Assembly: GCF_006345805.1 (NCBI RefSeq)
Contig: NC_043001.1
Span: 43,462,001-43,526,000 of the forward strand
Direction: 5' to 3'
From: Octopus sinensis
Taxonomy: Eukaryota
DNA length: 64,000 nucleotides
Shown here: positions 10,951 through 24,469 of the stretch, in pieces
Position numbering within the stretch: position 1 is the stretch's first letter
How the letters are laid out: every line of letters starts with the position of its first letter
Position numbers and translations under genes: made by a program
Notes under the pieces: generated by a model
The model's database searches: none
The model's input: the letters and a program-made list of their open reading frames with translations, nothing else
What the model was told of the DNA's origin: nothing

Positions 10951-12364
10951 TATTTTCTAGTTGACGAGTTAGTAGAAATGGTAGTACTCAACTAATTGAA
11001 TTTAATTTCAGTGTCCCACTCCCCCATCTGAGTTAAGGGGTTGATTCCTTTTTGAAAGGTTGATTAAATAAGTGGCAGACGACAGCGATAGGTAGCACAC
11101 ACAAGTTGGAATTTCTTTAGGGTTTTTTCAGATTTTTTTTCATAAAACCCTTGGAAATGGTGGAGAGCATCATTTTAGCTAAAAGTTTTTTCGAGAAATG
11201 ATTTCGTTTTAACAATACAATTTTATTCTTAAATCTTTTCTGTTATTCAATTAAATGTGTTGATGGGGAGACAGTATTAAACAAAGAAATCAGGAAGGTA
11301 TCAGATGGTCATGAGATGTGCTAAAAACAACAGCTAAATCACCCTTTTTCCATAGTGAAACCATATTCAACATTGTGTTTATGAATTTGTTTCTCTCACC
11401 ATGATATATGGAATCTTTTATTTTTTAAAAACTTTTTATAATTACTCAAACGAAAATTAAATGAATCTAAAAAATTTTTTTCCAACTTTTCCCATTATAC
11501 TCAAGCAAAAAAAGTAATTTATGATTTTCTTTCTCTAACCATTGCCGTGAGAAAAACAAAAAATTACTAAAACTTACCTTTTCATCCACAAATCTTCTGG
11601 CATTTTATGAATTTCATCAATTTACAACAGGTAAATTTTTTGTGTTTAGAAAGTATTTCCTCTTCCTTCAACTAATCTATTATTGTTTCTAGGAAGTGGG
11701 AAGTTATAAAAAAAAACCCAATTTTTTAAAAAATTGTTTTGTTAAAAAAGACACTCACCATTATTTCCAAGGGCACTGTGAAAAAAATATCTGAAAAGTC
11801 GCCTTCAAAATGGAGAAATTCCAAATTGTGTGCTACTTATCACTGACATTTGCCTAATAAGTTTGGGTAAATTACGTAAATCACAATTTAGCCTGCTAAC
11901 CTCCATCCACTTCAAACATGTAAAAAAATAAATATTGTAGCTCTTCCAAACAAAATGACTTGGTAGAAATGATTATAACTCCAGGTCATCCCTGGTTGAA
12001 CAGATCTGTGAGATCAAATGCTATGGCCATCTTTTCTGTTAATGGTGTCAAGGACTAACTATTCAGTGTCCTTTCCTTCAAAATATATTTAATTTAAGAA
12101 AAAAATTTCAAACAGGTTAAGTGATGACACAGCTACACACTTGTTTTAACCCTAAATTTCTATCTCATTTCCAGTGCTTGATTTTAAAAAAATTTCTCTT
12201 ATGTTCATTTTAAATATATTTGCTTTCCCCCCATTTTGTTCTTTTCTCTCTTTACAGTTGATTGTATCTTTGAACATGCATTTCTTTTCTTTTTCTTTTT
12301 CTTTATTGCTATACTCTCAAGATATCTGTGTTTATGTAATCTCTGACACCATTGCATACTAAGA

Positions 12365-13140
12365 TTAAGCAATCATCGTTTAATGTTCGCTTTCCATGCT
12401 AGCATGGGTTGGACGATTTGGCTGAGGTCTGGCGAACTAGACTCCAATCTGATCTGGCAGAGTTTCTACAGCTGGATGCCCTTCCTAACGCCAACCACTC
12501 CGAGAGTGTATTGGGTGCTTTTACGTGCCACTGGAACGAGGGCCAGTTAGGTGGTACTGGCAATGGCCACGCTCAAATGGTGATTTTTATGTGCCACCTG
12601 CACAGGAGCCAGTCCAGCAGCACCGGCAATGATCTCGCTCGAATGTTTTTTTTTCACGTGCCACCAGCACAAGTGCTAGTAAGGCGACGCAGGTAATGAT
12701 CACGCTCGAATGTTATTTTTAACGTGCCATTGGCATGAAGGCCAGCTTGTTGCTCTGGCAAGAAAAAAATATCTAATCTATGCCATTCATAATCACTGAG
12801 CTACCTGGTGCCTTACTGTACTTAAGAATACCTGTTCTCTACGGCAGAAGTGTTAAGGCTGTTCCCCCTGGTGAAGAGGATAGGCTTGCAAGAGTCCTGT
12901 GCCAGTGCCACGTAAAAAGCACTCGTGCAAGCATCATATCAAGGCACTCATTCCAGTGTCACGTTAACAGCACTCGGTATACACTGTAAAGTGGTTGGTA
13001 CTAGAAAGGGCATCCAGCTGTAGAAACCAAGTCAAATCAAACTGGAACCTGGTGCAGCTCTTTAGCATGCCAGCTCTAGTCAAAACGTTTAATCCATGCC
13101 AGTATGGAAAACTGATATTAAAGGATGATGATGATGATGA
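12365..13140. mobile_element. Two SINE family B fragments (- at about 12365-12750, + at about 12880-13140)
   Basis: catcgtttaatgttcgctttccatgctagcatggg on the - copy and ccatgccagtatggaaaactgatattaaaggatgatgatg on the + copy. Confidence 0.7.
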
Positions 13141-13615
13141 TGGCTTCCAGTGAACAGCACCTGAGGCAGATGTTTTCTGCCTACAGTTTCGAGTCTCATT
13201 GGTGAAAATTGTTAGATGGAAACTGTGATGAAGCTCATTGTACATACATACAAGGGGGTGCTGAAAAGTTATTGGCTTTAAGGGTACCGATCAACTTTTA
13301 ATTTTTGACATGTATAAATACAGAACACTAAATAGAATTCTTTCTCTTTCACTCAACACCTTTGCCGAAGGAGCATCTCTCGCTCTCTCTCCACTCATGA
13401 CATGTTAAGGACGTATCATACAACACTCAATCTATCTACTCGTCAATATACAGCCGCCTACGAAATGGATAACAAGACTTCTACTCGTCTTTGTATAACA
13501 ACCACTCGAAGCAGTTTATATATTGTAACGGTAAAATAAAGGCCGTTTCAACAATTATTTTCTTCTGTTATTTATTTTATTGACTTTCAAAACAACCACT
13601 TTATCCATTACCTTT

Positions 13616-14023
13616 TTATTTCTTTACTGCCCACAAGGAGCTACACACAGAGGGGACAAACAAGGACAGACAAACGGATTAAGTCGATTATATCGACTCC
13701 AGTGCGTAACTGGTACTTAATTTATCGACCCCGAAAAGTTGAAAGGCAAAGTCGACCTCGGCGGAATTTGAACTCAGAACGTAATGGCAGACGAAATACC
13801 TATTTCTTTACTACCCACAAGGGGCTAAACACAGAGAGGACAGACAAACGGATTAAGTCGATTATATCGACCCCAGTGCGTAACTGGTACTTATTTAATC
13901 GACCCCGAAAGGATGAAAGGCAAAGTCGACTTCGGCGGAATTTGAACGCAGAACGTAATGGCAGACGAAATACTGCTAAGCATTTCGCCCGGCGTGTTAA
14001 CGTTTCTGCGAGCTCGCCGCCTT
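13616..14023 (-). mobile_element. Dimeric SINE family A (body unit duplicated)
   Basis: Head at 14023; body repeated with junction gtagtaaagaaata|ggtatttcgtctgcc read on the minus strand near 13800. Confidence 0.9.
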
Positions 14024-14249
14024 CTTGATGACCTGACTTCTACTATACAACCTGCCGCCTTTTGCATTTGACGACTCCGGCGTTAGAAAAACCAAATATG
14101 CAATCTTCTCAACTTGCCAATCATCAACGTACAAAACGTTACATTTCTCTACAAACCGATACAACCGTGTTTGTATACAACATACGGTACCAATCTCTTC
14201 GTGGACAGAAGATATATATTCTTCTGATGTATTTTTTAACCTACAACAT

Positions 14250-15400
14250 CGCAGCTATTACGAAACTAATCTGCAGTTGACTTAAGAAGTAGTTATGAAT
14301 CAAATGAATTTCTAAGAAGTTTTGTGAAATAATACCGGAAATATGAAATCTATTAAAAGATATCCGACGGAAATCAAAAAAAAAAAAAATCCAAATTGAA
14401 AATATTGCATTTTTATTTAAAATATGTAATGGACAGCTCACACTATATCGCATACATTATGTTGATCACGTTCAATTTCGATGACAAACTTTGACAACAG
14501 TTATAATCAGTGACAGTTACGCTGTACAAAAAGATTGTGAAAAATTGGTTCATTCATCATCTTTTTAGTTTCATCAATAACAAATTTTGAATTACCTCCG
14601 TTCAAATGCCCTCCCCACTCCGCAAAGAAAAGAAAAAGAATGTTGGCATATACGCATACGTAGTTGAGGCTACTATTTTTCATTTGCAACATTAGATTTG
14701 ATCCCCCGTTTTACCACATAGGAATCTCAAGCGACAATTCAAATTCATAATTTGATCATGTGTGCAACCAAGAGTTTATCCAATGATCAGCTGTTGTTCA
14801 CGTGATAGTTCAGTAGCCCGTCTAGAACTTTCCGTGAATACAGTCAGTAAAGATGCCAATTTTGCAGACGTCAGAGCTGCTATAATGTTTTCCCCTCTCG
14901 CCAATTTCAGAGTGTCTTGGGTTGTCACAGTTACATATTCAATCGAGGATCATCGGAAGAAAAGACATGACACGGCATCTGAATATTTACTTGATATGTA
15001 AAAATCAGCCTAAGTGTTAAATTTCGAACAGACATTTTCCTTGCATGTCATATCACGCTGTTTCATCTTACTTTTTCCATTAATTGTATTGCACGAACAC
15101 CTTTCCTACTAATGTTACAAATAAATTATGTTCCAACATAGAACCCTACCCCTTTGTTACACAGTTAATGAGAATGGTTACCTTTCGTGAGTCCACACGC
15201 TTCTTCCAGTCATTTCAGCCTTAGTTTGGATTTCTTATTTTCATCAGAGTTTTGCCTCAGATATAACCGCCTCCTTGCCGGATTTCTTGGTGAAAATCCG
15301 TAATTCTCATATCTCTCACTGTTCTTCCCCACGCACCATACACTTAGTATCAAGCGCATGTTCACATTCGCATGAATTGAAGTCGATTGGAGAAGGAAAA
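14250..15400 (-). pseudogene. Possible heavily decayed hAT (SPIN/GTF2IRD2-like) transposase
   Basis: Scattered frameshifted minus-strand peptides (HER*PFS; TLKLARGENIIAAL; IDETKKMMNE) fall in the expected order for this family. Similarity is weak and judged by eye only. Confidence 0.3.
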
Positions 15401-15469
15401 AGAATACATTTCATGCAGACATATATGCATTTTCACATCTCTTTCTTTGTGTTAGCGTTCATATGAAAA

Positions 15470-15596
<127 letters not shown>

Positions 15597-15999
15597 GTGT
15601 AAATCTTAATTTTTGTTTTCCAGTCGATTATACCATCTAACGAGAATAAAAATGATGTTGGTTCTTTGCGAATATCGTAAGAATTAAGACTCCATTAGTC
15701 ACTATACTTTTTCAAAATCAAGGTTAAATTCAGAAAGTTTAATTATATTTATAACAGATTAACATCAATAAATTCAACCATTCCTGTACTCCCGAATTTA
15801 CCATGTGTACTAAGAACTCCTGTGAACGATCTTTAAATGACATAAAAAACTGCTTGTTAAACCATCCGAACATTTTAAAACAATTTTGCATTTTATAATT
15901 AGTTTTAAAACGATACAGTCAGGAATTTCCGACTAGGATCAAATAAACAACAGAGATGCTTTGCTCCAGCAGTAACTGCAGGAGCTACTCAGAGGTTTT

Positions 16000-17110
16000 G
16001 CAAGCTCTTCTAAATCCATTGCAATGCTGGAAATCCTTATATATCACCAGCAGTTATTTCAGGGCCACAAGCGATTCGCCCTTTAGCTTGTATGCTTCAG
16101 CTGAGTGGAGCAGCGAGGACTGAGCTAGTCTTCATCCGTGGAATGGTTCCACTTGCGGTCTCTTATCAACCATAACCACCTTGAGCTGGTTTCAGCTGCC
16201 GTGCCTATTTTCTTGATGGCTTTCTTCAGTTGTCTGGGTTCCAGACCTCTCTTCTGCAGGAAACAGCGACCTGATCTAACTGGAAAACCGCGGCAGCTGA
16301 CTTCAATAGGGAATGAGGCCGCATGCTATCCCTTGACAAGGACCGCATCGACTAAGCCCTGATATTTCGTCTTCATTACCTGGTAGGAAACATCAAATCT
16401 GTCTTTCCTGGGCATTGTAAGTTCGACCACGATGCTGGCTTGTCTTTGTATTCTGCTTGTAGAATGGGTCTCTTTGCTCCACAATTTAAGGTTATTTGGG
16501 ATTAGCAGGAGGTCAGCGACAGCACGAAGGAGGAAAGACAATCTTCTCTGGTCAGTGCTCCAGAGATCCTTCTAGAACAGTGGCCACTCGAGTATCTGGT
16601 CTCACTGTATCCACTGACCTTGGCGGGAAAGCTCTACTGCCGTCACTTGGTTATCCACCTCTATTGAATCACTAATTCTTTGTACTGTGAACTCTCTCTT
16701 GCTTCTTGTGCTGTAGTTGCCAAAGGCCTAACCGTCTACAACTCCGCAATCTCCTGGTGTTTATAGTATGTTTATGCTTCCCTCGCAACATTCCCGTGGC
16801 TTCCATTTATGGTTTTGCTGGTGTGTCTGACTTTTTCATCCCCAGATAGAAGCAATGTTGTGATTGCTCTTGTCTTTGTAGCTTTGAATTCTTCCACCAC
16901 TGATGAAATTGGTAGAAGGAGCTTAGAGGTCTTGCTGTACAGATTGACTGAGCTGAAATTTGGAGGAACACCCACCCACCTTCGCATGGATTTACTGCAC
17001 AGACTCTCCATTGTCTTACTTGAATCATGGCAAATTTGTAGAGCAAAACAGATTTCCTGATAATCCTTGGGAAGAAGTCCTAGAAATAACATTTCAGTTG
17101 ATCACTGGTG
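16000..17110 (-). mobile_element. HERO-like (R2-group, restriction-like endonuclease) LINE 3' fragment
   Basis: ORF 16772..17092 has MRRWVGVPPNFSSVNLYSKTSKLLLPISSVVEEFKATK. ORF 16326..16541 has SFLLRAVADLL...IVVELTMP...KYQGLV. The end reads FPIEVSCRGF...AAETSSRWLWL. Confidence 0.8.
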
Positions 17111-17216
17111 GTTCCTGTATGAAAGCCTTTAAAGCCCAGGTATTAATCCGCATTGCAAGTCATACTTTGCTATCACTTAAGATTAAGCTGTAAGGCATTT
17201 CTTGCCGGAAAAACTA

Positions 17217-17442
17217 TTGGGTTGTCCGGAAAGTTCGTGCCGATTTATAGTAGTTTACCTTTCGACTTACCCTCCCAGGCACCTCAATTCTGGGAAGATG
17301 GGTATTTTCAAGTTAAAGGAAAGATGGAGACGTATTGTGCCACAAAATGGTTCATATTAGGTTGATTAAAAATGTGATGGCAAGTATTTATTGACCTTTT
17401 TCTTTCCTTTAAAAATCGGCACGAACTTTCCGGACAACCCAA
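17217..17442. mobile_element. mariner-type MITE
   Basis: Perfect 30-bp TIR TTGGGTTGTCCGGAAAGTTCGTGCCGATTT; TA at 17215-16 and 17443-44. Confidence 0.9.
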
Positions 17443-18334
17443 TAAAAATAAAGGCTCTACTGGAGAAGTGCCTTTGTTGCTCATAGCATTGTCGTTTCTA
17501 TTTTAAATCTTCATCCGCCGCAATAACAGTTGTTTTGTTCTTTTTATCTATTGCTTTCACCAAAGAGTAAGGAATGGTTACCAGAAAACAATGACTAGAA
17601 AGGTATAGAACACGTCATCTGAAAATCAAACTATCACCACTATCATCGCTACTACCATTACCTGCAATAGCCGTTAACATCAGCTTCCTATTTGGTTTCT
17701 TGAGTCAGATTCTGAGAGTTACTGATTAATTAGCTGAACAAGAACAGAAAACAATTCTCTTGCCGCTGTAGACGTTTCCCTTGAAAACGATGTTAAGTCG
17801 TTAATATATTTTCCTCTTCCCTTTTCTCACGAACTGTTTACTGTTATGCAGCTGCTTATATAGAATCGAGTCATTAACTGTGTAACAAGTGGTACCGACG
17901 AGGGTTGTGGTGGTGGTGGTGGTGGAACTAGGATGTGACAAAGGCTAAGACAAGGAAGCACTTGTAATAAAGATATAACAGCTACCGTGAAGTGGTCATT
18001 AACAACTTCATTCAGTCGATGGAAGTTTGAGAAAGGTATAAAGTAACATCGGTTATGGAATCACTTGCGAGCGACAGTATCATATGTCACGTAACTTGCT
18101 ACCGCCGCTGAAGCCTACACTTACCGCCACAATCACCACCGAAAAACTCTATCACTTCAACACTACAACCATCACCACCACCACCACCACCACAAAAGAC
18201 AATGGATGCAATTGCACTGTGCTCGGGTGACGGAGTGATAACTTCTGCTGTGTGCATTACGTATCTTACCTTCTTTTATACATGTGTCTTATGCGAAATC
18301 TGTGATGAACCCGAGCGACGCTGATGACCTGGAG

Positions 18335-18430
18335 TCGCCTCTGAGCAAGTGTTTTCCACTGTGGCCTCGGCTCGACTAAAGCCTTGTAAGTGGATTTGGT
18401 AGACGGACACTGAAAGAAGCCCGTCGTATA
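18335..18430 (+). mobile_element. SINE family B middle fragment
   Basis: gagcaagtgttttccactgtggcctcggctcgactaaagccttgtaagtggatttggtagacgg. Confidence 0.6.
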
Positions 18431-18689
18431 TATACATCAGAGGCGACTCCAGGTCATCACAGATACTGAATCGATCTGTTCAACCAAAACCCTTGAAGGA
18501 AGGTATTTCAGCGCAGTCGCAGCCCAATGACTGATACAAATAAAAGATATGAGATAAGTATCAACTTAAATTAAAAGCCGAACAGAATCACATTTATTTG
18601 TCTTGTGTTAGAAATAACCAATGTACAAATGCACCCAAACGTACTTTCTATTCATTATCGCTGTATCTAGCTGGCTATCGGATGTAGCT

Positions 18690-18925
18690 ATACATCGCTG
18701 GTCACAATGCACTTCTTTGTATTGCTGTAGCCTTCAAATAAAACTGCTTTGCTAACTTGGCGGGCAGGACGCCTGTTCATCATAGGGTTACTCATTTACG
18801 GCTGAGTGGATTGAATGAAATGAAATGTTTTTGCTCAAGTACACACAACGCACTTCCAGTCTGAGAATCGAAACTACAATCTTGCGATCGTGAGTGCAAC
18901 ACTCCAACTACTTGGTGACGCGCCT
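18690..18925 (-). mobile_element. SINE family C
   Basis: tgaaatgaaatgtttttgctcaag...gaatcgaaactacaatcttgcgatcgtgagtgcaac is the reverse complement of the tRNA/CORE-like head. Confidence 0.7.
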
Positions 18926-19121
18926 TCACTATGCGTTCATTATACTTTGATGAAAACTCAGTACCAACTGCAGCCAAGTCGAGTTGATTTACGATTGTAA
19001 AGCCGATGAATTAAACCAAGCTTGGGATAGTGCTAACCTTTACCAAGTTTTAAGTCGTCGAGCCCGTGAAAAGAATTGTTCTTAAAAAGCAGGTTCACAA
19101 GTAGAAATACTTTTACTCGGC

Positions 19122-19536
19122 AAGGCGGCGAGCTGGCAGAAACGTTAGCAAAACCGGGCGAAATGCTTAGCGGTGTTTCGCTTGTCTATACGTTCTCAGT
19201 TGAAATTCCGCCGAGGTCGACTTTGCCTTTCATCCTTTCGGGGTCGATAAATTAAGTACCAGTTACGCACTGGGGTCGATGTAATCGACTTAATCCGTTT
19301 GTCTGTCTTTGTTTGTCTCCTCTGTGTTTAGCCCCTTGTGGTTAGTAAAGAAATAGGTATTTCGTCTGCCGTTCTGAGTTCAAATTCTACCGAGGTCGAC
19401 TTTGCTTTTCATCCTTCCGGTGTCGATAAATTAAGAACCAGTTACGCACTGGGGTCGATGTAATCGACTTAATCCCTTTGTCTGTCCTTGTTTGTCCCCT
19501 CTACGTTTAGCCCCCTGTGGGCAATAAAGAATAAAC
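19122..19536 (+). mobile_element. Dimeric SINE family A with 17-bp TSD
   Basis: Same internal junction as the 13.8 kb copy. TSD aaatacttttact(c/t)ggc at 19105-19121 and 19537-19553 encloses both units. Confidence 0.9.
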
Positions 19537-20171
19537 AAATACTTTTACTTGGCGATATGTGCTATTCATGGAGCAGAATGACCAAAAATAATTGTAATTG
19601 TGTAAGCTCACATCCTCCCTCGGAGACTAAATGCATATGAACCAACATTGTAGTGTGTTCCAGTTCGTTACGAAAGGGCTAAACGTCAAATTAAATTTTG
19701 TAAAATAAAACATACTATGTTTTATTGATATATGAGAATTAATCTCTCGACAGTGCTCTAGATTTTGCCATGCAACTAATGGAAATATATTTTGCAGCGT
19801 TTCTTGTCCACTAGAGCTTGTAATAACATGTCTTCCCTCATGGAGGAAGTTATTACAAGAGAATATAATCTTTTAGTCATAATATTTAGCAGGATTAGGA
19901 ATTTCAATTTGAAACAAAGAAATATAAGGAATAACATACACAGAATTCACATATTTAGTTTTATGTTTAATTATTACGACTATGTGACTCTACGATCCTG
20001 CTTCTTCAACTAATGGCAGTGTAACACATGAAACTTTTATGTGTCATAGACTGGAGCGTACAAATGTGTATCGTAATGTCTGTACACATAAATCATATAA
20101 TATCTATTTAATATCTGTACACGTAGTTCAGCATATTCATGCATCTAATTGTACGTACACACACGCACACG

Positions 20172-20253
<82 letters not shown>

Positions 20254-20752
20254 CAATATTGACACACACACATACATACAAATGTATACAAACATGAACA
20301 GAAGAAAGATAGGTTGATGTTAACAGCAGTGATAGAGGTGGTTGCGGGGGGATGGGCATTTGTAAAAATAAAGATAAGTTTAACTATCTGATTTTTCCTA
20401 GAACGAGCAGAAAATATCAGCGCGGATGGTGGGGAAGGGGAAATAGCTCAAAAGGAAATGAAGAAATTGCTTAAGTTGCGGAAAAAATTGGTTACTGGTG
20501 GAGAAATCTACTTTCGTTCTTATTTCTCTCTTTTAATCTTCCATCGTCACCAGGAAATCCTTTCTTTTATAACCTCAATGCTTTACAGGAGTATTAAAAT
20601 GACGACCAGTACTTCACTGGTACTTTATTTTCTGGACCCCTGGAAGGATGAAAAGAAAATTTGATTTCCCCAGGATCTAAACTCAGCGTTTAGAACATGG
20701 AGGGGTTTCGTTCGACGCTATAACATTCTGTTTGCTGAGATATACTGGTCTA

Positions 20753-21181
20753 GGATCTTTTCGGTTTGACCGGCAGTTTTTTAAAATAATTTCCACGTAA
20801 CTAAACACTTTTAAACTTCGTATACTAGTAGAATGTGTTTATAAAACATCCTTTTCTCTTGGCTTTATTGAGAAAATTCTATAGTTTGTAAGATATTTGT
20901 TGTTTTTTTTCTTCAATTTCTGCAATTTCAACCAATCAATGACGTCTATTGAGGTGAAAACATTCTGTGCCGTATGAATATGTTCCTCGTTTAAGAAACA
21001 GATTGGGTTTATTTACATTTGTGAAGAAAAAAAGATACCCTTCCCCCCACCCCTAACCCTAAATCTAACCCTAACCCTAAAACAGATCGAAATGCAATAG
21101 ATCGATACTAGGGTCATAATTATGGGTGACAATTTCATATGACTCTGCTAGAAAAAACTGCCGTTCAAACCGAAAAGATTC
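20753..21181 (-). mobile_element. TTAGGG-bearing MITE, copy 1
   Basis: About 30-bp TIR GGATCTTTTCGGTTTGA(A/C)CGGCAGTTTTTT; 8-bp TSD CTGGTCTA (20745-52, 21182-89); internal CCCTAA repeats. Confidence 0.92.
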
Positions 21182-22953
21182 CTGGTCTATCTTAGTGTTT
21201 AAAAAACATCCCCCTGTTGTAGCGGGAAGCTGTTCTATTGCAGCTTTTGTTCTTAGAATGATTTGAGTTCATCATTGTTAATGAAACACATCACTTAGAT
21301 AATGCTCTTATTGTTTACATCAGTGAAATGTTACTCTTCGTGATACTGATGTTGTTTAGCCCTTGGTCAGTGATGGTTAAAGAGAGCTATGACCAAAGGC
21401 GTCCCATCTGTGATTATCTTTCTTTTTGCACATCAACCTTATTATATTGTCTGTCTTATGCTCGCTCCCCCATTGAAATGACTCAATGAAAACGAACTGA
21501 AGGACATCTGATGTCGCTTATGGTCTGATCCAGCCAAACAAAGGAAGGAGCCTTTGCGTGCTTACTCGACTTACTAGAAATAACAAAGAAAACGCACTTG
21601 AATCTGTAGGCAATGCTATTTGTAGCGGGTTCACAAAACCGCAGAATATCACGTCGGGGTCACCACTTTAGCGAGGGATGTCGCTAATGAAAACGTCAAC
21701 ACTTTAATAATTGGACTGCAGTAAGTGACAACGATACTCGTGTCTGTGCGTGAACAACTTCGTATCCAAAGTTTTTTTATTCAGATGCGTAACAAACGAA
21801 CTCATACAGCGAGTATACAATGGGATGAAGAAAGGTTCTGAACATCTTGCCATGTTCCACGATGACAATGAGAAAATAGAAGTAATTTAAGCTACAAAAT
21901 TTACTTTCCACGGACACTAGACGTAGAATACCATAGCGAGTTGCTGGTAGGAAATGAACAGCGAAATCCGTGCGCCTGGTTCTCTCTCCGAAGTTGACCT
22001 TGTCGTGTCGTAGAGAAAAAGAGAGAAAGTCCAATTGGGATACGCTCTTAAATAGGCGATATGATACTAACGCCCTCCTGTGTATCGTTTAGTTGTTACG
22101 CCTTGTAAGCTAGTAAAGGGGAAGCTAACCAAGTTAGGTTGGTTTGTTCTAGAACATTCATCTGGAGATAGAACTGTCGTTGATTCCCAACGGATATATT
22201 GCGAGCTTGCGAACACCTGCTTCAAAAAGCATTGCCTATAAAGCACACCTACTATCTTGTGTAAGGATAGTACACATTAGATAATGTAATCCTGCTTACA
22301 CATAAAAGGACGGATGGTCATGGATGGAATGACATTTTGATTAGAGGCCGACTTATTCAGGATTGACCTGGAGCTAAATAACAGCAACCAGCTATACCGT
22401 CAACAAGAACGAGGAGGAAAGGAAACGAGAAAAGGTTCTGATTGCTTTTGTTAATCTACAACTGGTCCGTGGACCATGAGTAGTATGTGACTACTTTTCT
22501 AGATGGTCCATTGACTTTGGAAGACTAAAATTGTGTGTGCTTACACTGTATGAATGTAGCAAGTCTTTACCAATAATTAAATTCAATATTATCTAATGTG
22601 TACTATCCTAACACAATATAGATGTGATTCAAGTGAGTTTTGTTCGTTATTTCTAGCATGTCGAGTAAGCACGCAGAGGCTCCTTCCTTGGTTCGGTTGG
22701 ATCAGACAATAAAACACAATAAAAGCAAAATTTAAAAGAATCTACTCAGATTTAACTACGAAAGAGTTATAGAAAGTTCTACACTAAGACTACTTGTGAA
22801 ATCTCCCAACACTAAAATATCAGAAGTTTGATATCGCCTAAATTAGAAACAATTACTAGCCAATTCTTGAGGTTTAAATAAAACAGTAAATTAAAAAATT
22901 TTCATCTCACTCAATTGCTTTTATCTTTAAAATAATTTGTCATGTAAAGCTTT

Positions 22954-23363
22954 GGATCTTTTCGGTTTGAACGGCAGTTTTTTCTAGCGGTGTCATATGA
23001 AATTTTCACCCATAATTATGACCCTAGTATCGATCTATTGCATTTCAATCTGTTTTAGGGTTAGGGGTGGGGAGAAGGGTATCTTTTTTCTTCAGAAATG
23101 TAAATAAATCCAATCTGTTTCTTAAACGAGGGACATAGTCATACGACACAAAATGTTTTCACCTCAATAGACGTCATTGATTGGTTGAAATTGCAGAAAT
23201 TGAAGAAAAACAACAACAAATATCTTACAAACTATAGAATTTTCTCGATAAAGCCAAGAGAAAAAGATGTTTTATAAACACATTCTACCAGTATACGAAG
23301 TTTAAAAGTGTTTAGTTACGTGGAAATTATTTTAAAAAACTACCGTTCAAACCGAAAAGATCC
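22954..23363 (+). mobile_element. TTAGGG-bearing MITE, copy 2
   Basis: Same TIRs; flanks AAAGCTTT and AAAGTGTT (6/8 match). Confidence 0.92.
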
Positions 23364-23514
23364 AAAGTGTTAATTTATAAGGTGTGTTTAAATGTTGATT
23401 TATAAATAATGAAATCGATATACAGCTAAGATTATTACAATTTGTTTTTCACGAATTAACGGTTTTGTTATATATCTGTAACGGTATTGTTAAGGTGGAA
23501 TCAGTGGTCACCAG

Positions 23515-24094
23515 TGTAACGTCATTTGTAGTGATATATGTTGGAGTTGGCAGTTAACGATTGTAACGAGTGTTGCTGTTGCAGATGTGCAAGATGAACG
23601 AAGAACAGTGATCAAAGCCGTAAAGAAATATTTATTTACCGTTACTTAATATAATGCCTTGCCCCGACGGGCAGGTGTGATATAATTGAAAGAGCATGCG
23701 AGGTTACGAAAGTTAATTTCGGCCTGTATGTGTGTACACGTTCTGGTACATAGATGCTATAAGAGAAAAGAAATTGAGCTAGTGAAAGTATAGAGTCGAG
23801 GGAAGCTGCGTCTCATAGTTGGCTGATTGTAACCGTCTTTCTCCCTCTGGCCGTATGTCTTCAGTGGCTGCCTGCTTGTGGCCCTGACTCTATTCGTCTT
23901 CGTTCAGTGATTCTGCGTCACCAAATTCAAGTATTTATAACTATGCAAAACCAGCTAGAAGGATAGACATATTGTTGAGAACAATAGATTTCGTTGGGGG
24001 TCTGTTATGGCCTAGAAGAGCTTAGAAGGGTCAAGTGGCAAAGACATTATTCTGCTTAGCGAAGGCGTCTGGTAAATGTAACTGTCGCCATTCA
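23515..24094 (-). mobile_element. Possible solo LTR
   Basis: TG...CA ends; on the minus strand a TATA-like motif (about 23935) precedes AATAAA (about 23635). No clean TSD found. Confidence 0.3.
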
Positions 24095-24469
24095 CAGAAA
24101 AAAACTATTGTTTTACCGTGAGAAAAGTGTTGTTGAACTGTTAAGTGAAATTTGACCATCGAGGATCGAATCCGTGCTATGCCTGCATGAAACCATTACA
24201 TATCTTTCTATGGATTTGAAATAAAAGTTTATCAAAAAGACAAAATTCTGAAAACCAAATTAAAATTGGATTTGCTAAAAAAAACAACAACAAAAAAAAA
24301 AAAGAAGTGCAGAATGGCAGATTTGTTTTAAAGTTTTGATCAATGATTTCACGAGTCCAGCTGTATCTAGAAATGTGTTAACTTGTTAAAGAAAGATCGT
24401 GGTTATTTCGTGTAGTTATACATTATCTCTGAAGCGATATTTTATCTCCGAAAAGGTCATTTTAGGAAA

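Noticed and set aside
13702-14028. Recurrent MRNWY...RPRKDERQSRPRRNLNS ORFs (also 182, 40340)
   Set aside because: They are antisense readings of SINE family A, not genes.
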